A stretch of 64,000 bases of DNA from Candidatus Woesearchaeota archaeon. GTDB taxonomy: Archaea; Nanobdellota; Nanobdellia; Woesearchaeales; JABGXB01. The stretch covers positions 504,098-568,097 of the forward strand of contig JABGXB010000002.1 of NCBI GenBank assembly GCA_018675975.1, read 5' to 3'. Both the position numbers and the translations under genes were made by a program. Of the stretch, positions 28,648-36,985 are shown one piece after another. The notes under the pieces were generated by a model. The model did no database searches. It was not told the origin of the DNA and saw nothing but the letters and a program-made list of their open reading frames with translations. Every line of letters starts with the position of its first letter. Positions within the stretch are counted from its first letter, which is position 1.

Positions 28648-29547
28648 ATGGTAGAAGAACAAAAAAGGCGAATCTTAACAGATTTGAAAGATGTTAGGGA
28701 ATCTTTAAATGTAATTAGGGATGACTTGAACTCTTTAAATGAACAAAAAGAAAGTGCATTTAAAGAAAAGTCAGAAATAAGAAAAGAAATTATTAAATTA
28801 ATTACTGAAGTTAAAAAATATAAAGATGAACGAGATCAATGTACTTCTAAAGTTAAAGCTTTAAAAAAACAAAGAGATGAAGTTAATATTACAATTAAAA
28901 ATTTAATTGAAAAACATCAAAAAGTTTTAAAAGATAATCCTGATTTAGCAAAAAAAGCTGATTTTAAACCTTCAAAAAAAATTAATGCTGTAAAAATAAA
29001 AAAAACAATTGAAGAGTTAGAATTTAAATTAGAAACTTCTGTTATGAGTTTTGAAAAAGAAAAATTAATGACAAAAGAAATAAAAGATTTACGTAATGAA
29101 TTAAAAAATGATACTTCTTCAGATGATAGTGTTTCTGAAAAAGAAATTTTTAATTTAAGTAGGGAAATTTCTAAAAATAAAAAAATTGCAAAAGATTTAC
29201 ATAAAAATGTAACTGAACTTGCAACTAAATCTCAAGAAAATCATGATATTATAATTAATATAAGTAAAAAAATTGATGATTTTAAAGAAAGAGAACAGAA
29301 AATATTAGATAATTTTAATGATTTTAAAAAGAAATATTCTTCTAAAAGAAAAGAAAAATCCGGTTTTGAAAAGAAAATAAAAGAAATAAGAGAAAACTTA
29401 GATGGTGAAAAAGAAGAAAATAAACAAGTTTCAGAAGAAAATAAAAAAGAAATCATAAAAGAAAAAGTTGGTGAAGTTGAAAATAAATTAAAAACAGGAA
29501 AGAAACTTTCAACTGAAGATTTATTAGCATTTCAAATGGGTAAATAA
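28648..29547 (+). CDS. Archaeal long coiled-coil protein (COG1340-like)
   Basis: Continuous heptads; C-terminal GKKLSTEDLL motif. Confidence 0.7.
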   Translation: MVEEQKRRILTDLKDVRESLNVIRDDLNSLNEQKESAFKEKSEIRKEIIKLITEVKKYKDERDQCTSKVKALKKQRDEVNITIKNLIEKHQKVLKDNPDLAKKADFKPSKKINAVKIKKTIEELEFKLETSVMSFEKEKLMTKEIKDLRNELKNDTSSDDSVSEKEIFNLSREISKNKKIAKDLHKNVTELATKSQENHDIIINISKKIDDFKEREQKILDNFNDFKKKYSSKRKEKSGFEKKIKEIRENLDGEKEENKQVSEENKKEIIKEKVGEVENKLKTGKKLSTEDLLAFQMGK

Positions 29548-29584
29548 ATTTTAAAATTTAAAGAAATAATTTAATAATAAAAAA

Positions 29585-29797
29585 TTAATTTTTGAATTCT
29601 GTGAATTCACATTTTCCACAGTAATTTCTATTTTTATGTGCAGCCATAAATACACCTGGTCCACATTTTGGGCATGTTTTTTGTATTCTTTCTAATGTAT
29701 CGCCAGTTACTTTATATGCTTTATATTTATTTGAAGGAACTTTATTTTTAACTTGTTTTTTTCCATCATCTTTTTTGCCGCCTTTTTTCTTTGCCAT
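29585..29797 (-). CDS. rps27ae: 30S ribosomal protein eS31 (S27ae)
   Basis: CPKCGPGVFMAAH...YCGKC. Confidence 0.95.
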   Translation of the reverse strand: MAKKKGGKKDDGKKQVKNKVPSNKYKAYKVTGDTLERIQKTCPKCGPGVFMAAHKNRNYCGKCEFTEFKN

Positions 29798-30172
29798 TTA
29801 ATTCTCCTCCTTTTTCTCTTCTACTGGCTCTTCTTTTTTAACTTGAGCAACTTCTTCTTTTACTTCTTTAGTTTCTGTTTTATTTTCTTCTTTTTTTTCA
29901 GCATTATTTTTTTTAAATATATATTTTAGCTCAATTTTTTTTAAAGAATCTTCATCATCGTAAATACGAGCTTCAAACTTTGCACTATTTGTACCAAAAA
30001 CTACTTTAACATTATCTACAACAATATCTTCAGTTTTTGCTTTTAATTGTGAAGCAATTTTTGTTTTAATATCAGTTTTACTAGGTGTTGCACCATCATA
30101 ATTGATTATACCATTAATTAATTTTCTATTCAATAACTTTTGTTCAATTGTATTATTAACTTTTATTTCCAT
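29798..30172 (-). CDS. rps24e: 30S ribosomal protein eS24
   Basis: LLNRK, GATPS and ARIY motifs; gene order. Confidence 0.9.
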   Translation of the reverse strand: MEIKVNNTIEQKLLNRKLINGIINYDGATPSKTDIKTKIASQLKAKTEDIVVDNVKVVFGTNSAKFEARIYDDEDSLKKIELKYIFKKNNAEKKEENKTETKEVKEEVAQVKKEEPVEEKKEEN

Positions 30173-30173
30173 T

Positions 30174-30362
30174 TTATCTTACCTTTATTGAAAATTCACC
30201 GTTTTTTGTTTTTTTTAAATATTTGGATATATCTGATTTTTCAGAATTTACTATTATAACTTTTCCTTTCCAATCATCAGTTGGATTTTGAGATTTACAA
30301 TTTGGACATGGATCTGTTCCTGAATATAAATAATTACAATTTTTACATGCTAATTTTTTCAT
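30174..30362 (-). CDS. spt4: Transcription elongation factor Spt4 (RpoE2)
   Basis: ACKNC...CPNC...WKG; follows rpoE. Confidence 0.92.
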   Translation of the reverse strand: MKKLACKNCNYLYSGTDPCPNCKSQNPTDDWKGKVIIVNSEKSDISKYLKKTKNGEFSIKVR

Positions 30363-30895
30363 TTTTTAACTTTTTCCTTCCATTCAACATTTCCAAGATT
30401 TTTTTGTCTCATTGTTAAACCAATTTTTGGATGTGATAAATCTTTATAACTTACAGCAATTATTTTTGCTCTACATTTATCTGCGATTTTTAACACATTT
30501 TTACTTTCTTTTCCCTGTAATACTTTATCTTTTGAAAATGAAACAAAATCATCCATTGTTTGAGTTAAGTGTACCATACCATCAATTGGACCTAAATTTA
30601 AAAATGCACCAAAATCAGTTATTTCTCTTACTTGACAATGAAGTAATTCATTATTTTCAGGTAGGTATGAAACTAATTCGAATGTACATGGATGGTAAAT
30701 AGCACCATCACCTGTTATAATTCTTCCTTGTCCAACATCAATTAACTTAGTACAGTCAATTATAAAACCCATGTCTTTTGAAATCATACCGTCAAACTTT
30801 TCTTTTATTTTTTGTAAAAGAGCTGTTTTTTTATCCATTTCAAATTGTTCTGGTGATACTCTTATGTGATCTTTTATTGTAAATTTGTAAAACAT
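30359..30895 (-). CDS. rpoE: RNA polymerase subunit Rpo7 (E')
   Basis: GDGAIYH, FGAFLNLGPIDG and IGLTMRQ motifs. Confidence 0.95.
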   Translation of the reverse strand: MFYKFTIKDHIRVSPEQFEMDKKTALLQKIKEKFDGMISKDMGFIIDCTKLIDVGQGRIITGDGAIYHPCTFELVSYLPENNELLHCQVREITDFGAFLNLGPIDGMVHLTQTMDDFVSFSKDKVLQGKESKNVLKIADKCRAKIIAVSYKDLSHPKIGLTMRQKNLGNVEWKEKVKK

Positions 30896-30897
30896 TT

Positions 30898-31305
30898 TTA
30901 TTCCTTATTTATTATTTCAAGTCTATTTTTTTGCCGCAATTTTATTAATTTTGTACCAATTTTTTTTAATTTATTTGATAGTTCTTTATCTTGTGTTGCA
31001 ACATAGACATTTTCAGTTGAAGCAATTTTAATTATTTGATCGTCAACTAATAAATTACTGGGGACTTTAAGTATTTTTAAAGCTTTTCTTTTAATGAGAT
31101 CATCAATCCAACTTAATGCCATTTTTGCTGCATTGGAATCTTTACCAGAACCTTTATTTTTTAATTGATTTAATTCTTTTAAAGAATCTTCTAATACATT
31201 AATATTGTATGGCTCATGCATAATTTGATCTATTTGTTCCAATATGTCTACTCTAAAAACAAAAGGAATTGTCCAAAAATTTGTATCTATTATTATTTCT
31301 ATCAT
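30898..31305 (-). CDS. PIN-domain protein (Fcf1/Utp24-like)
   Basis: IIDTNF, VDD and VATQDKEL motifs; usual position upstream of rpoE. Confidence 0.88.
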   Translation of the reverse strand: MIEIIIDTNFWTIPFVFRVDILEQIDQIMHEPYNINVLEDSLKELNQLKNKGSGKDSNAAKMALSWIDDLIKRKALKILKVPSNLLVDDQIIKIASTENVYVATQDKELSNKLKKIGTKLIKLRQKNRLEIINKE

Positions 31306-31365
31306 ATTATTGTAAATTTTTTATTTTATTTAAACATTTTTAAATAGTAAAATAATTCTTTTTAT

Positions 31366-32394
31366 ATGGATTTACAAAATAAATTTAATTTAATTGTAAG
31401 AAATTTGGGTGAAATAGTAGGAGAAGATAAAATTAAAGATATTCTTAAAAAAAGAAATTTAAAAGTTTATTGGGGTACTGCTCCAACTGGAAAACCTCAT
31501 ATTGCATATTTTTTACCAATTGTTAAAATTGCTGACCTATTAAAATCTGATTGTGAAGTTATTATTTTGTTTGCAAATATTCATGCATATTTAGATAATA
31601 TGAAATCAAGTTGGGACATATTAGACTATAGGACTCAATATTATGAAATTATAATAAAAGAAATGCTAAAATCAATTGGTGTTAATATTAAAAAATTAAA
31701 ATTTGTAATGGGATCAGATTTTCAATTAAAAAAAGAATATACTTTAGATGTGTATAAATTGAGTGCAATTTCAAATCTAAATGATTGTACAAGAGCGGGT
31801 GCTGAAGTAGTAAAACAAGTAAAATCTCCTAAATTATCTGGATTATTATATCCAATATTACAATCATTAGATGAAATTTATTTAGGTGTTGATGCACAAT
31901 TTGGTGGTATTGATCAAAGAAAAATATTTATGTATGCTAGGGAATTTTTACCAAAAATTAAGCATTCATCACAAATTCATTTAATGAATCCCATGATTGC
32001 TGGACTTACAGGAAATAAAATGTCTTCATCTGATAATAATTCAAAAATTGATATTTTAGATTCACCTGATTTAATTAAAAAGAAATTTAATAAAGCAAAT
32101 TGTGTAGAGGGAGATAAAAATAATAATGCAATTTTGGATTTAACAAAATATATTATTTTTCCATTATTGGATTATAAATTAACTTCATTTAAAATAGAAA
32201 GGCCTGAAAAATTTGGTGGAAATTTAGAATTTAATTGTTATGAGGATTTAGAATGTAGTTTTGTATCAAAAGAATTACATCCTTCTGATTTAAAACAAGC
32301 AGTTAGTAATTTTTTTATTGAATTAACAAATCCAATAAGAGATTGTTTTAATAATTCTAAAAATAAATTAATATTAAAAAAAGCATATGAATAA
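31366..32394 (+). CDS. tyrS: Tyrosine--tRNA ligase
   Basis: YWGTAPTGKPHIAY, GGIDQRK and KMSSS motifs. Confidence 0.95.
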   Translation: MDLQNKFNLIVRNLGEIVGEDKIKDILKKRNLKVYWGTAPTGKPHIAYFLPIVKIADLLKSDCEVIILFANIHAYLDNMKSSWDILDYRTQYYEIIIKEMLKSIGVNIKKLKFVMGSDFQLKKEYTLDVYKLSAISNLNDCTRAGAEVVKQVKSPKLSGLLYPILQSLDEIYLGVDAQFGGIDQRKIFMYAREFLPKIKHSSQIHLMNPMIAGLTGNKMSSSDNNSKIDILDSPDLIKKKFNKANCVEGDKNNNAILDLTKYIIFPLLDYKLTSFKIERPEKFGGNLEFNCYEDLECSFVSKELHPSDLKQAVSNFFIELTNPIRDCFNNSKNKLILKKAYE

Positions 32395-32695
32395 AATGGT
32401 TGACAATTTAATTAGTGATGAAAAGTTAAATAGATATTTCTTTTTAACAAAAAGTGCATTAGATAAATTAAAATTAGCTGTTCCAAAAAAAACTCACCTG
32501 CATAATGCAGCAAAAGATTGTTTAGATATGGCAACTCGATATTTTAATGATGCTGAACATTTTAGAAAAGAAGGTAAATATGTTGAATCATTTGCCGCAC
32601 TAAATTATTCTCATGGTTGGTTAGATTGTTCAGCTAGATTAGGTTTATTTGATGTAGAATATGATGATTTTTTATTTACAGTAGATAAAGATTAA
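32387..32695 (+). CDS. DUF357 family protein
   Basis: YFNDAEHF...YSHGWLDCSARLG. Confidence 0.85.
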   Translation: MNKMVDNLISDEKLNRYFFLTKSALDKLKLAVPKKTHLHNAAKDCLDMATRYFNDAEHFRKEGKYVESFAALNYSHGWLDCSARLGLFDVEYDDFLFTVDKD

Positions 32696-32733
32696 TTATT
32701 AATTTTATAAATCAAAAAGTTTAAATTAATTAT

Positions 32734-33369
32734 ATGGTAAATAAAAATTTAATTGATTATATTAAAAAAATTAAATTAAAAGGTTATTCTGATATTCAAA
32801 TTAGATCATTTTTATTAAAATATGGATATAAATTAAAGGTTATCAATGAAGCATTAAATGATAAATCTACTAATCCTGCAATTCCAAATATTGTTAATGA
32901 AACAAATACTAATCACAGTTCTAAATATATTAATGGAAATACAATTAAAAGTAATAATATTAATACGAAAGCTAATATTAACTCCAAAACTAATTTGCCT
33001 ATATTAATTAAAATGAGTGGTATTTTTAATTATATTTTAGGGATTACTATACTAGTTTTTGGCTCATTTTTTTATAATTTAATTTTTGATTTAAGTGGAA
33101 TACTAAAATATTTATTTATATCGTTTTCAATAATAATTTCAATATTATTTTTTGTTTCTGGTTATTATATTTTAAAATTGAAAACAAATTCAAAAATTAT
33201 ATCTTCAATTCCAAATTTTATATTAATTTTATTTTGTATTATTATGATATACAAAGAGACATATGGTACGAATTTATTTGGAATGTTGTATTATTTTATT
33301 ATTTTGATTTTTCCACTTTTAATTGTTTATGTATTATTTGATAAAAAATTTACTAAATACTTTACTTAA
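32734..33369 (+). CDS. Hypothetical membrane protein
   Basis: Small N-terminal helical domain, Asn-rich linker and about 4 TM segments. Confidence 0.7.
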   Translation: MVNKNLIDYIKKIKLKGYSDIQIRSFLLKYGYKLKVINEALNDKSTNPAIPNIVNETNTNHSSKYINGNTIKSNNINTKANINSKTNLPILIKMSGIFNYILGITILVFGSFFYNLIFDLSGILKYLFISFSIIISILFFVSGYYILKLKTNSKIISSIPNFILILFCIIMIYKETYGTNLFGMLYYFIILIFPLLIVYVLFDKKFTKYFT

Positions 33370-33399
33370 TTTTTTAAATACACAATTTATCAATTATAT

Positions 33400-34653
33400 A
33401 TGAATTTAATTAATAAATATAAGACTAAAAAATCAGATATTGATTTTGTAAATAATTTACTCATTAATTTAAATAATAATTTAAAAAATCAAAATATTGA
33501 TGCTGATGCTTTTTTAGGTGGAAGTTTTGCAAAAAAAACTTATTTAGAAATTAAAGATTTTGATATTTTTATAAGATTTAATTCTAAAAAATATAAAACT
33601 GAAAATATTTCAATTATATTAATTAATTTTGTAAAAAATTATTATAAAAATTATACTATATTGCATGGATCAAGGGACTATATTCAATTAATAATTAATA
33701 AAAAATTAGTTGAATTAGTTCCAATTTTAAAAGTTAATTCGTATAAAGACGCAAAAAATATAACAGATATGAGTCCATTACATGTGAAATACGTAAATGA
33801 TAATTTAAAAAATATTGATGAAGTTAAATTATTAAAGTTATTTTTAAAATGTAATAAATTATATGGGGCGGAAAGTTACATAGGTGGATTTTCTGGTTAT
33901 ATTTGTGAATTGTTAATTATAAAATATAAAACATTTGCAAATTTAATCAAAAATGTTGCTTTATGGGATGAAAAAACAATAATTGATATTATGAATTATT
34001 ATAAAAATAATTTAAAATTAATGCAAAATAAATTAACACAATCAAAATTTAATTCGCCATTAATTTTTATTGATCCTGTTCAAGATATAAGGAATGCAAG
34101 TAATGCATTATCAAAAGAAAATTATAATAAATTTATTTTTTTATGTAATAATTATTTAAATTCAAAAACTAAAAAAGAATTTTTTATATTAAATGAATTT
34201 AAATTTTCTAATATTGAAAAATTAGCAAAAAAAAGTAAAACACATTTATTTTATTTTAAATATTTAGCAAAAAAGGGATTAGAAGATGTAATTGGTGGAA
34301 AAGTTAAAAAAGCATATAATAATATTAAAAAAATAATAGTAAATAATGATTTTACAATATTTGAATCTGGTTTTAATTTTAATAAAAACTGGTCTGAAAA
34401 AAATAATAAAGAATTAGGATATATTTATTTTTTATTAAATGAAACTGAATTGCCGTTATTAAAAAAACATTTTGGTCCAAAGTTATTTGTAAAAGAGGCA
34501 GTTGAGAGTTTTAAAAAAAAATATAATACTGTGAATATTGAAAATGATTTAATTTTTGTATATAAAAAACGGATTATAACAAATTTAAAACAATTAAAAA
34601 AAACAATTTTAATAGATAAAATAATTAAAAATAATTTTAAAAAATTAATTTAA
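33400..34653 (+). CDS. cca: CCA-adding enzyme (class I, archaeal)
   Basis: GGSFAKKT...DFDIF, YGAE, GFSGY and DPVQDIRN motifs. Confidence 0.92.
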   Translation: MNLINKYKTKKSDIDFVNNLLINLNNNLKNQNIDADAFLGGSFAKKTYLEIKDFDIFIRFNSKKYKTENISIILINFVKNYYKNYTILHGSRDYIQLIINKKLVELVPILKVNSYKDAKNITDMSPLHVKYVNDNLKNIDEVKLLKLFLKCNKLYGAESYIGGFSGYICELLIIKYKTFANLIKNVALWDEKTIIDIMNYYKNNLKLMQNKLTQSKFNSPLIFIDPVQDIRNASNALSKENYNKFIFLCNNYLNSKTKKEFFILNEFKFSNIEKLAKKSKTHLFYFKYLAKKGLEDVIGGKVKKAYNNIKKIIVNNDFTIFESGFNFNKNWSEKNNKELGYIYFLLNETELPLLKKHFGPKLFVKEAVESFKKKYNTVNIENDLIFVYKKRIITNLKQLKKTILIDKIIKNNFKKLI

Positions 34654-34704
34654 AATAAATGTCAATATCAATATTCTTTTAAATAGATAAAAAAATACTA
34701 CTAT

Positions 34705-35208
34705 ATGTTTGATTTATGGATTCAATTAGTAATATTAGCATTAATTTCAATGCTTCCTTTTGGTGAAGGTAGGCTTGCAATTATATTGGGTGTTTTAAGT
34801 ACTAATATTGATATATTTGGTTATGAAATTGGTGGTTTTGGTCTTTCACCAATTTTTGTTTTTTTTTATACTTTATTTTTTAATATAATTGGAATAATAA
34901 TTGGGTATTTTTTTTTTAAATATATTATAGATTATTTTTTACACATTAAGTGGATAGAAAAATTGCACGATTATTATGTTGAAAAGAAATTAAAGAAAGT
35001 AAAACCATATATAGATAAATTTGGCTTTATGGGATTAATGTTATTTGTTGGAATTCCATTACCAGGATCTGGTGTTTGGACTTCTGCTTTAATTGCAAAT
35101 GTACTTGAAGTAGATTTTAAAAAATATTTTTATCCTTGTTTTTTAGGAATAATTGTTGCATTGTTTATTACAGTAATTTTAACTGTGAAAACATTGAGTT
35201 TTTTCTAA
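34705..35208 (+). CDS. Small multidrug export family membrane protein (COG2426-like)
   Basis: SMLPFGEGRLAI and FVGIPLPGSGVWT motifs. Confidence 0.85.
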   Translation: MFDLWIQLVILALISMLPFGEGRLAIILGVLSTNIDIFGYEIGGFGLSPIFVFFYTLFFNIIGIIIGYFFFKYIIDYFLHIKWIEKLHDYYVEKKLKKVKPYIDKFGFMGLMLFVGIPLPGSGVWTSALIANVLEVDFKKYFYPCFLGIIVALFITVILTVKTLSFF

Positions 35209-35366
35209 ATTTTTATAAATAGTAAGAAAATTCTAATATTATAAACAACACCTAATTTAATAAAAATGTTTTATTTTGTTTGATGTGCAACAATTCACAC
35301 GTCTTTTTGCAAAATGAGTGTGTTTTTGTTTTTAAATTAGTTAAATCGATTAAAAAGGTAAATAAT

Positions 35367-35780
35367 ATGGCAACATTTCATGAAATTGACGGAACAACTT
35401 TAAATTATAGAGTTGGAGAGAAATTAAAAGAATTATTAAAAATGCCTGAATGGGCTCATTATGTAAAAACTGGTCATCATAATGAAACTTTTCCAGAGCA
35501 AGTTGATTGGTGGTATGTAAGAGGTGCTGCGATTTTAAGAATGGTTGCCTTAAGAGGTCCATTAGGTGTTTCAAGATTAAGAAAAAAATTTGGAAATAAA
35601 AAAAATAGAGGTCATAAACCTGAAAAGAAATTTATTTCTGGTGGAAAAATTATAAGAACTCTTTTACAACAATTAACTTCTACAGGTTATATTGTAAATG
35701 CAGAAAAAGGTTCAAGAAAGGGAAAAATATTAACTCCAAAAGGAGAATCATTTCTCAATTCAGTTGCTAAAGAATTATAG
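35367..35780 (+). CDS. rps19e: 30S ribosomal protein eS19
   Basis: PEWAHYVKTG and WWYVRGAAILR motifs; start moved to ATG 35367 after AAGGT. Confidence 0.95.
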   Translation: MATFHEIDGTTLNYRVGEKLKELLKMPEWAHYVKTGHHNETFPEQVDWWYVRGAAILRMVALRGPLGVSRLRKKFGNKKNRGHKPEKKFISGGKIIRTLLQQLTSTGYIVNAEKGSRKGKILTPKGESFLNSVAKEL

Positions 35781-35788
35781 GTGTTAAA

Positions 35789-35971
35789 ATGTCAAGAGTT
35801 AAAAGTTCAAGTAAAAAAAAAAGATTGGCAAAAGCAAATAGATTAACTAATTGGGCACCTGTTTGGACAATATTAAAAGTATTTGGAGCTGGTCAAGCAA
35901 AAAAGACTCATCCTTCTCAATTAACAGATAGAAAAAGAAATTGGAGAAGAGGTCGTAAATTAAAAGTATAG
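35789..35971 (+). CDS. rpl39e: 50S ribosomal protein eL39
   Basis: KKKRLAKA...PVW...RNWRR. Confidence 0.9.
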   Translation: MSRVKSSSKKKRLAKANRLTNWAPVWTILKVFGAGQAKKTHPSQLTDRKRNWRRGRKLKV

Positions 35972-35979
35972 GTGATATT

Positions 35980-36516
35980 ATGGCAGAAATTAAAAGATCA
36001 TACAATATTCCATTAAGGAGAGAATTTTTAAAAGTTCCAAAGTATAGACGAGCAAATAAATCAATATCAGCTATAAAAAAATTTTTAATTAAACATATGA
36101 AGTGTCCAAATATAAGTATTGGAGAAAAATTAAATTCAAAAATATGGCAACATGGAATAAAAAATCCACCTCATCATGTTTTAGTTGATGTATTAAAGAC
36201 TGTTGATGATAAGGTTTATTGTGAATTACAAGGTTTTGAAATTAAAGTTTACAAAAAGAAAGAACCTGAAAAAGCTAAAACATTAAAAGATAAAATTGAA
36301 GAGAAATTTGAAGGTAAATCAAAGAAAAAAGTTATAGTAAAAAAATCTAAAGATGCTGAAGAAACAAAAACAAAAAAAGTAGTAAAAAAAATAGTTAAGG
36401 CAGAAGAAGAAAAACTTAGTGATGAAGTAAAAGAACCTGTTTTAGAAAAAAAATCAGAACTTGAAAGTAAACCTGAAGATATTAATTCAAACAAAGAAGA
36501 TAAAAAAGCTGAATAG
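35980..36516 (+). CDS. rpl31e: 50S ribosomal protein eL31 with K/E-rich C-terminal extension
   Basis: YNIPLR, RRANK and IWQHGIKNPP motifs. Confidence 0.93.
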   Translation: MAEIKRSYNIPLRREFLKVPKYRRANKSISAIKKFLIKHMKCPNISIGEKLNSKIWQHGIKNPPHHVLVDVLKTVDDKVYCELQGFEIKVYKKKEPEKAKTLKDKIEEKFEGKSKKKVIVKKSKDAEETKTKKVVKKIVKAEEEKLSDEVKEPVLEKKSELESKPEDINSNKEDKKAE

Positions 36517-36537
36517 GCTTTTATTTTTTTATTTTAA

Positions 36538-36951
36538 ATGGAATCTAAAAATATTGATTTAAAGCATAAGTATATGCAATTAGAAGAAATAGAAAATCAA
36601 ATAAAGTCTTTTAATGAGAAAATAAACTCTATTCAAGACGATTTATTAAGATTGAATGATGTTAAAGAAAATCTAATTTCATTAAAAGAACAAAAAAATG
36701 ACCAAAATTCTTTAATTTCTGTTTTAGAAGGTATTTATATTAAAGCAAATATAATAGATTTTTCAAATTTATATATTAATATAGGATCTGACATAATTGC
36801 AAAAAAATCATATACTGAAGTTTTCGAATTGATTGAATTGCAAAGAAAAACTCTTAATCAAACAACTGAAAGTTTAAAAAATTCAATATTAGAATTAGAT
36901 TCTCAAGCATTAAAGCTAGAAAAAGAACTAGAAAGTGAAGTTAAAGAGTAA
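36538..36951 (+). CDS. pfdA: Prefoldin subunit alpha
   Basis: Coiled coil - beta hairpins (GIYIKA, INIGSD) - coiled coil; upstream of ftsY. Confidence 0.85.
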   Translation: MESKNIDLKHKYMQLEEIENQIKSFNEKINSIQDDLLRLNDVKENLISLKEQKNDQNSLISVLEGIYIKANIIDFSNLYINIGSDIIAKKSYTEVFELIELQRKTLNQTTESLKNSILELDSQALKLEKELESEVKE

Positions 36952-36985
36952 GATTTATATTCATATATATAATTTTTAAATTAAG

